DNA of 63,944 bases, the filler included, from Olpidium bornovanus S191 (Eukaryota; Fungi; Olpidiomycota), in the NCBI GenBank assembly GCA_017911155.1. It is 22 parts of 22 records of this genome, joined end to end, with 100 filler letters (N's around TTAATTAATTAA, not from the genome) between each part and the next. Parts side by side here need not be neighbours in the genome. Positions count along the whole stretch, not along the records: positions 1 to 1,890 come from JAEFCI010007711.1; positions 1,991 to 4,613 come from JAEFCI010007056.1; positions 4,714 to 6,733 come from JAEFCI010011244.1; positions 6,834 to 11,824 come from JAEFCI010009977.1; 18 more parts are not named here. One strand, 5' to 3'. The stretch's first letter is position 1. Each line of letters opens with the position of its first letter. Shown here in pieces: positions 1-11,824 of the stretch. The position numbers were made by a program, and so were the translations under genes. Below the pieces are notes generated by a model. It was not told the DNA's origin and did not search any database. It saw only the letters and a list, made by a program, of their open reading frames with translations.

Positions 1-275
1 GAAACAGTGCAACTCTCCCTTTCCTGCATAAAGGACACACCTGCTGCGCTTCCGGCCGTCTCCGGTTGATTCGACCCGTCGGTCACACCGGCAGCTTCGG
101 ACTGCTCCCGCGGCATGGTCCGCTACACGTTACTCCGAGGGATAACGGAAATTATAACATGTTTTACGCGCAAGTAATGATCACCACTGTATATACCACT
201 AACAGCAGCAGGTCGCGGGCGCCAATGATACTTTTGCGGACAGGAATGGGGGAAGGGGAATGAACACCGGGGGTA

Positions 276-1890
276 TCACAGGTAGAGGGAGGCGGCGAAC
301 ACGATGTCGCGCTTTATCTTCGCGATACCTGTTGCATGCGCGCCGGAAACGCAAAAAAGGTTAAAAGAAGAATAATCAAAAGAGCGAAGCATATCCACTG
401 CCGCAACAAGACGCACCGGCCGTGAACTTGTTCTCGAGCGGCCCGTTGCCTATGGCCTTGGCCGTCGACGACATCTGGCATAACAGCTCGTCGAGCCGGC
501 GGAAGTTGCGGATGATGCTTCCCTCGAAGATGTCCGTCATCTTGCAGATGCTCGAGAACGGCGCACCGCCGCACCACGCCAGTACGACCTCGACAAGGTC
601 CGTCCGGAATGACGCCAGGTACTCCTCCTCGTCTATCTGCAACTTCGATTCCTGTGAGACCTTTGCTATCCGCGAGGCTGTCTCCTTCAGCAGCCGCACG
701 GCGTCCTCAAGTTCCGCGGGAAGAGCTCGTTTGGCTTGTCCGTCTTTGCTTGCCTGAGCACACCCAAGGCAACGGAAGTTAGCGTCCGGCGCGCGCGCGC
801 GCTTCAGACCCAGAACCACGAGCATCTGCGGACAACCCGAACGGGCGCGCGCACCTCGTCGCATACGAAACAACTGAGCAGCCCGACGGTGTGCTCTACC
901 GACAATTCGTTGAACACGCCGTTGAACATCATCTCCGTGAGCAAGATTTCGTCGCCCGCCGAGATCTCGCAGGAAACTCGCCCCTTGAGCTCGATGACGT
1001 CAGAAGAGGTGGTGTAGCCCAGCCGCCGGAGCACGCGCTTCCGCGCCTTCAACTCCTCGAGTTGCACCACTGACTCCGCCTCCGAGAGCTGCCTCCGCGC
1101 CTTGCGCACCTGCGCCTTGAGCTCCATCTTGTGCGCATACGCGTTAAACGTCTGTTCCAGTTCCGGCGAATTGTGCAATGGGTGGTCCTTGAGGCGTTCC
1201 TCAAGGGCTTTTATTCGCTACATCAGTGAGCCGAGACGGACGTCCAGGTGTCAGAAACGTTGCAAGCGGGCGCAGAGCCTCCGGGCAAAACTGCTCGACT
1301 CCCACCTCCAACAGCTGGAGGAACTTATTGTCTTTAATCTTGAGATGCTCGACGGGGCTCAAAATGGGGAATTCCCCTTTGCACCGTTTTCGTGTCTCCT
1401 GGACCATCTTGTGCACGACCTTCCTCTCCTCGGGACCGCGAAGGTCCTTCGGGAGGAAGAGTCGCGCAAGGGACATCTTTTCTACCGATGACAGCGTGCA
1501 CGTGATGACTTTCATTTCGCCCTTTCCCCCTGCTGAAACCGGTTTCGCCCCAGTCCCTCTGGCAGACGAAGATTCAGCCGAGCCCTTGGATTCCGCCGAG
1601 CAATAAACCATCACGTCAAGCAGGAGCGTGGAAACGTCTTTGTCGAGCGGCGTGGCCTGCCGTTCACGCGGCAATGATAGCGATGAAGTTAAACCAAAAA
1701 TATTCGGTTTGTTCGCAGACACTAGGTTTGTTCCCACCGGGAAAAACCCCATCTGCTCGCCATATACCTTCTTCGAAACCCGCTTCACAAACTGCATCAA
1801 AACGCCCCAGCCGAAGTCACCGTCGGGAGACTTGATGTATAAAAGCCGGCCAGGCTGAAGGAAAGGCGTGCAGTAATTCGGGTGCATGAC
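276..1890 (-). CDS. MTR4: Mtr4/Dob1 (Ski2-like) RNA helicase, C-terminal part, spliced, 5'-truncated
   Basis: Motifs PFLQPGRL, ELKARKRVLRRLGY, KGRVSCEISAGDEILLTEMMFNGVF, and DSHCT-like FEGSIIRNFRRLDELL, ending KIKRDIVFAASLYL* (stop 276-278). GT-AG introns at 329-416, 754-854, 1218-1305 and probably 1657-1767. Confidence 0.93.
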
Positions 1891-2051
1891 NNNNNNNNNN
1901 NNNNNNNNNNNNNNNNNNNNNNNNNNNNNNNNNNTTAATTAATTAANNNNNNNNNNNNNNNNNNNNNNNNNNNNNNNNNNNNNNNNNNNNCATGGACATA
2001 TATCGACAAGGTCGCTATTTGCTCCCGTATTCCTGGCTCGTCGGCGAATGA

Positions 2052-3636
2052 GTGCCCACGCTATACCGGTCTAATGCGGCGTGTCTCCTCGTTTCAGATC
2101 TATGCGACGTGAGCGAGATTCGCCAAAATGTCGACAGACTGCAACGGCAGGTAAAGGAGTTGCGCGCGCTGATGCGGGAGATGGCCAGGGTGGAAATGCG
2201 GCGGCTGGCGGCCGCGGCGACGATCATCCAGGCTTGGTGGCGCGGGCACCTTGTACGGCGGAAGGCGGTGCCGCTGCTGCGCAGGGCGCGGCGGGTGCGC
2301 CTCGAGCGGGAGTCGTGCCGGCCGCCAGATGTGATGGGCATGGAGCAGCTACGCCGCGAGTGCCTGACCGTTGGACTCGTCGAGAAGCCGGCTTGGGAAG
2401 CCGTCCTGTCGTCCGCGCGAAATATTGGTACGTGCTTGCTCCATAGCGGCTGTCCAGAATCGCGGACCAAAACCGGCGTTTATTTAAACTTGGATGAGAA
2501 AACATGACCGAGTGTTCCGATCTAAATTCTCGTTAAGCAGGCGACCAAAGGCAGGCCGCTGCAGTCAGAATACAGTCTTTCGTGCGCGGATGGCTTATTC
2601 GGCGGCGTTTCCGCAACTACACAATCTCTCTTGCGCGAAGATGTCAAGCCGCCACCAGGTTCCAAGCGGCTTGGTGGGCGCTCTTTCGCTCACTGTTTCC
2701 TTTTTTTGCACGATGCGCACGATGCAGCAGACATCTGAGAGGCATGCCGCCGGTAAGTAATGGTCGGATGTTTTTTTGCACCTTCCGTTTTTTAGGAGAG
2801 GCTACGCAGCCCGGAAAGCCTCTTGCGCCGGACTCAGCCTTCGGGCTGCGAGGGCGATCCGGAGGCCCCTCATTGAAATGATCGAGAAGTTGCGGGCAAA
2901 GGTCGCCGAGTCGGAAAAGAACCTTGCTGCTGAGCAGGAGGAGAGGCGGCGGCAGGACACCGTGCTTCAGAACCTCATGCGAGAGGTATGCCAAGACTTA
3001 ATTTTTTCCTTGTCCGTCGTGTCGAGCGCCGAGGTCAGCGTCCGCATTTGGCTGAAAGTGCCTTCCGCGTAGCTCGAAGCCCTCAAAATGCAGGCTGCTA
3101 ACGCCGCGAACGCTCGACGCGAAGCCCACGCAGACGTGCACGAGGTAGGGAAATTGCTGTATCAATATTTGCACGAGGTCTGCGGGACGGGACGCTGCGA
3201 GAAAGGGTGTTGTGACGACAAGTTTTTTGCGCCGGTGTTGTAGGCAATGTCGGCCTCGCCGCCGAATCACGTATCCTATTCTCAAGCCACGGCGACCAAA
3301 CGGGATCCAGCGAAGGCATCGGACGGGCCCCCGATCCAGCCCATGGAAGCATGGACGGCGCCGGCAAATCGCACTTCACAACACCAGGGAGCTCCGTGCG
3401 ACACGGCCCGGTTTGCGACAGCCGAAGATTACGATTACCTCAAGGCAGAGGTGGACTGCATGCGGCTCAACCTTGAGCGGCTGTACCTGGTTCTGGCCGC
3501 CGCGGGCATGGATCCGGACGGCCGCCAACCCACCCGGACGGCGGCGGCGGGCGCGGAAGCGGGCGACGGGTTGGACGCGCAGGATATCACGCTCTTGAGT
3601 TTCTCAAACGAGGGGCCCGGAGAAGATGGCGTTTGA
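2052..3636 (+). CDS. IQ-motif and coiled-coil protein, multi-exon, boundaries approximate
   Basis: IQ-like motifs ATIIQAWWRGHLVRRK, MRGWLIRRRF and AATRFQAAW|RGYAARK. Coiled-coil segments NVDRLQRQVKELRALMRE and LIEMIEKLRAKVAESEKNLAAEQEERRRQD. GT-AG-flanked exons. Confidence 0.6.
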
Positions 3637-4449
3637 TGCAGGCGTCCGCCCATTTCACACCCGTTTGCCAAGAATGTTCCGTCTTTTTAAGACCCCTGCC
3701 CACCATCAAATAAATCTTTAACATTAAGGGTCTGGTACCGTCGCTGCGGGATTTGCTCGGGTTCCACGGCTAGGATGACGGAAGCGAGATTTGCAGAAGC
3801 GGCTTCAAAGCCCACAGCGGAAGGAGATCGGAAAACGGGGAGTCCCGCGCGCATACTTCTAAAGCCGCGGGCGGCGGGTCTTTCGGGACGATCTCGTGGG
3901 GGGGGTCAACATCGGAACTTAGTTCGGCATAGGGATGGGTCCGCTCACCATTTATACCCACCCGAAACAATTGCGCCCAAACAGCAAGTTCGCCCAGCGA
4001 GGCAGGAGGAGGGTAACGAAATCTGCCACGCCCGACAGTCCTGCGCGATCACCCCAACGTGCGATCGCGCGGACACACCCCACGCCGACTTTTGGATGCC
4101 AGAATCATCGACGGCTCTTTCCCCGTTCCCCACCCTTCAGTGGTTATACGGACAAACTCGTAGAGCGGGGTGCCGCAAGGAAAACCAGTCGGCGTCTGCA
4201 ATACCTGGAGTCGAACGCCAACAGTGCAGCGTGGAACGTTGGGATTGAGAAAGTGCTTTGCTATTCGGGCTGCGGCCAGTTTGATAGTCACGGTCGGAAA
4301 TTCACCCGGCCCACCAGCAAGAAGTTGCAGGGGTGTTTTGCCTCAATGTCCATTCGAGTGGCCACCGTCGACATTTCCGCAGTCCCCCCCCCTGTCGAGG
4401 TACCTGTGAAAAGAAAGAAATCCAAGGAAGCACAGCGACGCGACCCTAT

Positions 4450-4493
4450 CTAGACGTGAACCGAAAGCGACCTAGACGTGAACCGAAAGCGAC
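4450..4493. repeat. Perfect 22-bp tandem duplication
   Basis: CTAGACGTGAACCGAAAGCGAC occurs twice head-to-tail (4450-4471, 4472-4493). Confidence 0.9.
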
Positions 4494-5480
4494 ATGGCGG
4501 CGGTTGGGCTTGTGTGATCTCGAAAGTGCGAAGAAAAAGCTTTCTGCCCCGCGCCCGGGACCTTAAAATTTATTTGACGTCGTGTTCCGGTTTTTGAGCG
4601 GCAGAAAGCGCGANNNNNNNNNNNNNNNNNNNNNNNNNNNNNNNNNNNNNNNNNNNNTTAATTAATTAANNNNNNNNNNNNNNNNNNNNNNNNNNNNNNN
4701 NNNNNNNNNNNNNCATGCCGGGCAGAATGGGGATGCGACTGCGCGGGATACTCGGCGGCGAAATTGGATCTCGGCATTCCCGAGCGCGAAGATTGCGGTG
4801 TCTATAAACGAAAAGTGAAACATTCTTTTCGCTGTCAAGTGGTCTTGGAAAGCCAAATGGTGGTCACAATGCGCTCAAGGACAGGACGTGCAGGTCTGCT
4901 GAGATTCATATCAACGGGTGATACAGTATGAAGCGGGCGTGGACGCCCAACGGGAGTTTCCGGGGGAAATCTGCGACGGGCTCCAAAGTCGCCCCGCGGC
5001 TCGAAGGCAAAGATATCGGCTGGCGGGCGAGTCTTTTGATTCGCGTGGATTTCCCCCTAATTCCCTCATTAACGGCGTGCAAGCGGACGAGGGGAGTCCA
5101 GCGCTTTTTGCGGATCGGGCGTCTGGAACGCGACTCGGGAAAACAGCCTTCGGCGTCGGTACGAGTTGCGAGTACTTTGGCGGTCGATGCGAACGGGACC
5201 CAAGCCGAAAAGCTGTTGACGGCATGTCCTGCGTTCGCGTTGTCGGAACTCGGCGACGCCTGCCAAGGCCGACTCTGAAAGGCGTGCAACAACTTTCGCG
5301 TTTGCGGCGGTCGGTCCGGCATCGTCGTCGGCCGGGTCGGTTGCCACCCTGGTCTGTCCCACACGTTTTCTTCTCGCCGCCGAAGGTCGAACAAATGCCG
5401 CAGGCAGAACCCGACGCCGAAACTGCCTGGAGCAAACCCGGCAGAAATATGGAGGAAGGAGGCTCCACAGCTTTAAGGGA

Positions 5481-5981
5481 TTATGTCCGCGAATTCCGCA
5501 CCGCCATGGCCTCCGCGTCTCCCGCAGCCGACGCAGCCCTAGCGCGCAACGAAGCCGCCGCGGCTGGCGCCCCGACGCCGTCCGCGCGCGCCACGCCGGC
5601 CGCCGGGAGCGCCGGCGGCGGCGGCGTCCACAGCCCCTCGGCTTTGTGGCCCGCCACGATGATCTGAACGGCGACGCTGAGGGGCATCGGCCGGGCAAGC
5701 GGACGCGACAGCTTGACGAGGGCCTCGTAGATTTTGAGGTGTTGTGCTGTGGCGGCGGAGAAAAACGTCGAGGTATGTGAGTGGGTGTGTGCTTTGGGGG
5801 GGCGGGCACGCAAAAAGAGCACCGCCCAAAACGCCAGGAATCCCAAGACCCCTTGGAAACCACGGTCGAGAACAATTCCCATCCCTTTTCTTCCCGTCCC
5901 GTTGTTATCCTTCCTGTTCTTCTTCTCTCTACTTCTCTCTCACTCTCACTCTCTCTCTCACTCTCACTCTCTCACTCTCAC

Positions 5982-6026
<45 letters not shown>

Positions 6027-6331
6027 AACAAACCTGCAGTCAAATGCTCGAAGTGGATGCCGTTCCGCCCGCACCGGTTGTCAGCGGACGCACGGCGCCC
6101 GTCTGGAACAGCCGGTGACGAGTCACGCAGCCACTGCGCTCTCCGCCACTCCCAATTGGCGAGCCCGGGAGACGGCGGCGTCTCCATGGAAGAGTGCGGC
6201 TCCAGTTTTGTTTTTCCTGCTTGGGTTTCTCGCCGAGATTTGCAGGTGCGATTCGGAGCGGGCCGCGGCCAGGGGTTGCGAAGGGCGGGGGGTGTGTGTG
6301 GTGCGGCGATATCTGTATCTAGCCTAGCCAC
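5481..6331 (-). CDS. DUF4050 / Gag1-like clamp domain protein (putative)
   Basis: Removing a GT-AG intron at 5747-6033 joins GLANWEWRRAQWL...HLTA to AQHLKIYEALVKLSRPLARPMPLSVAVQIIVAGHKAEGLWTP. This resembles the recalled family pattern GLxxWxxxRxxW...IYxxL...PxxL...LVxxWxxEGxW. Codons are strongly GC3-biased. Start uncertain (ATG at 6187 or an upstream exon). Confidence 0.6.
5924..6022. repeat. (CT)n/(CACTCT)n microsatellite in an intron
   Basis: Directly visible CT and CACTCT repeats. Confidence 0.9.
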
Positions 6332-7007
6332 TTTTCCAAATTAAATCCAGTGTCAAAGGGACTTGCAGGGGTTCTTCTCATTTTTCCCTTTGAACACCAA
6401 CGACGATGACGACGACGGCAGGTACCCCTTCCATCCTGAGAACCCTCCCCGGCATCTTGCCGTACAGCGCTCGAACTCCTGGGCGAGCCTGCGTCACGCT
6501 CGACGACCTTTGATGACGTCTCCGGATGTCTACTGGAGCTCCGCGCGACCCGTCTCCGGGTGACACGTGCGCAGCGAACTGTTAGAATTAGCGCCTGTGC
6601 ATCTGGTCGGAACCCCTCAATGTACAGTAATGTAGTTCTCGTAGCAATGGAAGTTACGCGACCCGTCCCGCACTCCTGCGGACACCCTCAAAACGAACTC
6701 GAACAGGTTATGAGCCCAAACCGGACCTGACGGNNNNNNNNNNNNNNNNNNNNNNNNNNNNNNNNNNNNNNNNNNNNTTAATTAATTAANNNNNNNNNNN
6801 NNNNNNNNNNNNNNNNNNNNNNNNNNNNNNNNNCAAAGGGTAATTGTCTTCCGTCCGACGATAATCGACAGAAGCACTGTCGGACCGAATGCTGGATCAT
6901 CAGAAAGATATAATGCTGCGGTTTGATCCGATATTGTTGCGCGTTACCCACATGTATTCAACGTGCTACATTTTTTTTTTGGTTGGATCGGTGAACGCCT
7001 CAGTCGT

Positions 7008-8474
7008 TTAAACAGCGCACGAAATCTCATGCAGACGGTCTGCAGGGTTCGATATATCGGCGTACGGAAAAAGCAAAAGCTGTTGGCTAACCTCCTTTAA
7101 AGTCACGACCAATTCGCTCACTTCAACGTCCGGCGCCAGCCGCTCGAGCGTCAAGTCGCAAACGACGTCGCCGTCTTTATACGCAAAACACTTGGCGCGA
7201 GCTTCGTACTTCAGCAGGCCGGGCCAATCTCCTGAGTAGACCTTGACCGAGTTTGCAGGATCCACGCAGTTTGGTTCCAGTGGCGGCAAACAACGGAGGA
7301 GGTCAAACGGGAGCTCTATCGCGGTACGTTCTCCCGAGGCGATGGTGAGCGCCGCCTCTAAGTTGTGTTCTACCGACCCGAGGGTGAGGCGCAGCGTGGG
7401 CGCCAGGTCGTCCTTGGAGACGAGGGTGAACCGAAAGGAGTGTCTTCCGGCAGGAAGACTCTCCCCGTATTGCTTGCCCTGAACGGCATCGCCCGGAACC
7501 GGCGAGGCTGGCCAGACTTGGTGGTCGACGCGAGTCGTCAGGCCCCCCCCCTCGAAGTTGCGGCCTTCAAACTGCCACTGAGCGACCGCCTCGAAGCTCA
7601 CGATGATCGAGCGGATAAGAAGAGGACGAGTCAGGCTCAAGTACAGAACGCCCTTGATGTCCGCGGGGGCAGGGATGGTCCACTGCGGGACGAAAATAGC
7701 CTTGGGATCCGAGAAGGTAAAGGCAAACTCCGCCACGGGGTTGTCGTGTTCGCTGCCGTCTGGTACGAAGGCCGGCTCCTCGGCAGCCGAAGGTGCTGCC
7801 GATCCCGTACGGTTGCTCGGAGGCGGCGAGGGACGCGGGCCGGTAGGCCGCGCGGCCGGTCCCGGGGCCGTCAGTCCGGCAGGTTGCGGCTGCTGCTGCA
7901 GCGGCGGCGTCGCTGTCGGTGGCGACGGCAGCGGCCGCGACGGCGGCCGAAACGGTCGCGAGGCGGGCGCCGCCGGAGTTTCCGAAAGCAGCCGGTACTC
8001 GGAAGAGGAAACGCGTTCCGAGCAGCCGCCGAGGACGGCGCCCGAGCCCCGCAGGCCGGCGCTGCCGTCCTTCGGCGGCGGAGTGGGCGGCTTCACGGAA
8101 ACGTTGGACCGCGGAATTTCTTGTAGCGTAACGGGCCCGCCGGCCAAACACGGGGGCGGTGGGCACAGAATGTGGGAGCCGACGGGGAAAGCGTCAGCGT
8201 TTTGGAAACCACAACGCGCACGAGACGGGAAGATCAACGCCGCTTGCCCTGCCCCCGATGTCCGCGTTCGGCCGTGCCCAGTTTGAGTCGGGTGATTGGA
8301 ATACTTGCAACGGTGAGGGGGAGGGAGAGGAAGCCACGTACCCGCTGTGGTGCAGCCGTCATCGCAGAGCGCGCCGGCAGGAGGATCGGCCAGTCGCCCT
8401 TCGCCTTCGCCCGGCCGCGGCGCTGCCGCGCCCGGCGGCAGGACGGCACGGTGATGGCGGCGGTGGTCCGCCAT
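7008..8474 (-). CDS. Alpha-arrestin (ART-type, Arrestin_N/C domains), spliced, probably continues towards 6834
   Basis: A Pro-rich N-terminus is followed by IKGVLYLSLTRPLLIRSIIVSFEA, LPAGRHSFRFTL, TLRLTLGSVEHNLEA and YSGDWPGLLKYE...DGDVVCDLTLERL, typical of arrestin-fold proteins. Confidence 0.78.
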   Translation of the reverse strand: MADHRRHHRAVLPPGAAAPRPGEGEGRLADPPAGALCDDGCTTAGTWLPLPPPHRCKYSNHPTQTGHGRTRTSGAGQAALIFPSRARCGFQNADAFPVGSHILCPPPPCLAGGPVTLQEIPRSNVSVKPPTPPPKDGSAGLRGSGAVLGGCSERVSSSEYRLLSETPAAPASRPFRPPSRPLPSPPTATPPLQQQPQPAGLTAPGPAARPTGPRPSPPPSNRTGSAAPSAAEEPAFVPDGSEHDNPVAEFAFTFSDPKAIFVPQWTIPAPADIKGVLYLSLTRPLLIRSIIVSFEAVAQWQFEGRNFEGGGLTTRVDHQVWPASPVPGDAVQGKQYGESLPAGRHSFRFTLVSKDDLAPTLRLTLGSVEHNLEAALTIASGERTAIELPFDLLRCLPPLEPNCVDPANSVKVYSGDWPGLLKYEARAKCFAYKDGDVVCDLTLERLAPDVEVSELVVTLKEVSQQLLLFPYADISNPADRLHEISCAV

Positions 8475-9643
8475 TTTTCTCCGGGCTGCCTGTCGCTGGG
8501 GACGCGCGCGCAGGGCCGAACACGCGGCGGGTTGAGGGAAAGGGGCCGCCTGTCCTGCCTGGGAATTTTTTTTTTTTATATTAAGAAAAAACGGGCCCTC
8601 TTCCCGACTTCCCCCCGCCCCGCCCCCACTTCCTTCCGCTCCTCGCGTGCGTTTTGACTTCCTCCTGCTGCGCTCCTGCTGCTGCTCCTCGACGGAGGTG
8701 CCAGGATCCGGGGAAACGAGCGCAGAAACCGGAATCCAACGGCTTGCGGCGGCCGATCACAGATCCCCGCGTTAACGTCTGAAACGCCGACACTTGCTCT
8801 GCCGCTCTGGCAATATGTCCAGGGCGCGCAGCAACTCCGTTCGCACCCCACCACGTATCTCCACGATACGGCGACCCCGGCAATTTTCGAGGCTGCCCTT
8901 GCGTCCCGTACGAAAATTTGATGACGCTCGTTTCAACGCACCTATGTCAAACGGGCACCGCCAACCGCGCGGACCGCGACCGCCTGTTGCGAAATATACC
9001 AGCCGGGTTCCGGAACTTGAACGCCGTAACGTTTGAGGACGAGGCGGGCTCGCCGCCACTTGACAACTGTCAGTCTTCCTGAAGACTGAGCGTTGTCGGC
9101 GCATTGTGGTCGACAGGGGACGGGGGCCGGGTCCGCGCTCCCGAGCACCGGAGCGGTATTGAAAGACCTTCCTCCGCTGACTGCTTGCGTGCGTTGCAAA
9201 ATTTTTGAAAGGCACCCGGGCCGCGATGCCCCTCCCCCGGCCAGGTGGCGCCGGCGGGCGGACCAGGACGCGACCGTCGCGGGGACAAGAAACGTAGACT
9301 CGGCAAACCCCGGGCGGAACGCTCACGTCTCGGCCGCCTACTATACCACGCGCGCGGCGGGAGCCGGACTAGAGAGCGGGGTGGCAGCGCGCCCGTTTCT
9401 TTTCCCGCGTGCGCTGTCCTCTCTCTCTCTCCTGCCCTCTCTCCCTGCCCTCCTTCGCCCTTCCCTCTCCCCTCCCCCCAGCTTAGGCTTGGGAAGGGTC
9501 GGCGCAAGAGCCCCCTTTTGGTTGTAATTCTGCGGATTCGGTTCGGCAAACCCGAGGCCGGCGGGCAGGCCGCCGCCGGACTCTCTTCGACCAGAGGGCG
9601 GAACGCGACAGCACCCCGAGAGCTCCCGTGCTGCGCTTGCAGG

Positions 9644-9732
9644 CCGCCGCCCGCCGCCGCCCGCCGCCGCCCGCCGCCGCCCGCCGCCACCGCCGCCACC
9701 GCCGCCCGCCGCCACCGCCGCCACCGCCGCGC
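9644..9732. repeat. (GCC)n-rich imperfect repeat
   Basis: Runs of ccgccgccc/ccgccacc upstream of the GON7-like ORF. Confidence 0.85.
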
Positions 9733-9790
9733 CTAGACGCAGGCTTCGAAACCAGGCTCCGAGCGCCGGCTTAGGTAATAGCCGCGCGCA

Positions 9791-10123
9791 ATGGCGTCGT
9801 TGACCGCCACCTACGTCAACGCGAGAGCCGCCGCCCACGAGCAGGTCGCCCCCGCGTCCGCCGCAGGACCGCGCGCCGCCGCCGCTCTCTGCGCGACGTC
9901 GACAATCTCCGTCCCGGTCGTCGCGCGGCAGGCGGCGGCCGCCGGCGACGGGGCCTGGGACCGGCGCCGTTCCGCGGAACTGCTGGACCTCGGCGACGCC
10001 GTGTCCGGCCTGCAGAGGGAGCTGAACGCGTTCTTGACCGACCAGCTTGTCGCCGAAGGCAACCCGTCCGCGCTGCAGGACGGCGAGGACGCCGGGGACG
10101 ACGACGAGCGGGACGAGGAATAA
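9791..10123 (+). CDS. GON7: Probable KEOPS/EKC complex subunit Gon7 (single exon, 110 aa)
   Basis: Small protein with N-terminal SLTATY, central LLDLGDAVSGLQRELNAFLTDQL (recalled Gon7 pattern LxxLxxxVxxLQxxINxFLT) and an acidic tail. Confidence 0.55.
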   Translation: MASLTATYVNARAAAHEQVAPASAAGPRAAAALCATSTISVPVVARQAAAAGDGAWDRRRSAELLDLGDAVSGLQRELNAFLTDQLVAEGNPSALQDGEDAGDDDERDEE

Positions 10124-10496
10124 GATGAGGGCGCGCACTCGGTGTGGGACAGGCTGAGCTGGCGGGGGCTGTAGAACCAACAAAAACGGTCGAGTCGTCT
10201 CAGGGCTTCGGTTGGGGGGCGGGGCCGGCGCGACGTCTCGCCGAGAGAACCGTCGAGGGTAGCATCGACCTCACCGTCCATAACGAGACGACGTCGACGC
10301 GACAATTTCAGCGGCGGGAATTATGCGCACGTGCCATAAATGGCCCCCCGCCGAACTTTATGCACTACATAAAAGGGGCCGCCCGAGTTTTCAAACCTTC
10401 CGAAGTCACCGCGGAAAAACGATAGGTCACGTTTCTTTATTGGGGCTTCTTCCTCGCTGTGATCACCTTCGCTGCATTTCAACTTGCGTGAACAAA

Positions 10497-10535
<39 letters not shown>

Positions 10536-10812
10536 GCCAGTTTTTTCCGGGATTGACTCACCGCGGGCGTGTTTCGATACGAGTATTTGTTTCGTTGCTT
10601 AAACAGAACTTACGCATGGCGCACGGGAACGGGGAACCCGGGGCGCGGAAAGGGAGGGAGAGAGGCGGGGGCGGGGCGCATAACTTGGGTTACATCACAA
10701 AAGGCAACACGCGTGGGTACGAGTAGAAGCGGGTGGGAACGCGGGGAAAACCCGCAAGTGTTCTTTCCGGTAACGCGAAAGCAGCGCGGCACGACAGGGG
10801 CGTTGCACCACG

Positions 10813-11824
10813 CTAAATCTGGAACAGCAACTCCTGGTAACGAGGGAGCGGCCAATACTTGTCGCCTACGAGGGTCTCCAAGAGGTCGACCGGCTTACGG
10901 ACTTCGTTGAGCGCGGGAAGTAGCAGGCTGTTCGCGGCGCGCGCGTGCTTGTCAACGTCGTCGTGGGCGGCGTTCGTCTGCTTGATCGCGTCCTCGAGCT
11001 GCTCTACCCCCTTCTGGACCTCGAGGAGGACAGGCGTGATCCTCTTGAGAGCGGCGACCTCGGGCGCGGCATCGGCGCCGCACGAGGCGAGGTGGGCGGC
11101 TCCCTCGGCGACGGACCGGCGGTACTCGAAAGCGGCCGGAATTATCTGCGACTTGAGCATGCTCGCGAGGACGTTGGCCTCGATCAGCAGGTCCTTCGCG
11201 TACTTTTCCAGGAGAATGTGATGCCGAGACTGCAGCTCCTTCTTCGAGAACAGGTGGAGGGGCGCCCCCGACAACATGTTGAAATTGACCGGCTCCATCA
11301 GCTGGGCGAACGCGTCGGGACAGTTGGTGATGTTCAGCAGTCCGCGCTTGGCCGCCTCCTGCTTCCACGCGTCAGAATAGTTGTCGCCCTCGAAACGGAT
11401 CGCCTTGGTCTCCGTTATGTACTTCTTGACAACCGCGAGCTTGTCGGCCTCGGACGGGAACTGCTTGTCGCCCATCTGCTTACGCAACGCGGCGGTGACC
11501 TCGATTATCGCCGAGGCGACCGCAGAATTGAGAAGGGTGACTGGGAAAGAAACCGACTGCTTCGCGCCGACAGCGCGGAACTCGAACTTGTTGCCAGTGA
11601 AGGCGAAAGGGGAGGGCCTGTTGCGGTCGGTGAGGTCTCGGGAAATCTCTGGGAGGGTAGACACCTTGACGTCCAGGACGGTGCCGCCCAGCTTGACGGT
11701 CTGCATGGTGGGCTGCGAAAAATTTTTGACTGGACGCCCCTCTTCAATGGCGCTAAGAACCTCATTCAGCTGCTCTCCAAGGAAGGCAGAAATTATTCCG
11801 GGAGGCGCCTCGTTTGCTCCGAGA
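10813..11824 (-). CDS. glnN: Glutamine synthetase type III (GlnN-like), C-terminal ~337 aa, 5'-truncated
   Basis: The frame is open from the contig edge: LGANEAPPGIISAFLGEQL...DRNRPSPFAFTGNKFEFRAVG...AIRFEGDNYSDAWKQEAAKRGL...YAKDLLIEA...LETLVGDKYWPLPRYQELLF. These are GSIII signature motifs. Confidence 0.93.

Noticed and set aside
1935-1946. TTAATTAATTAA repeated 21 times as a biological motif or array
   Set aside because: It is always centred in 88 Ns with identical geometry: a scaffolding linker. ORFs ending in LIN or X runs are artefacts of it.
4450-4493. 22-bp direct repeat as a CRISPR remnant
   Set aside because: Two abutting copies, no spacer, no cas genes, eukaryotic context.
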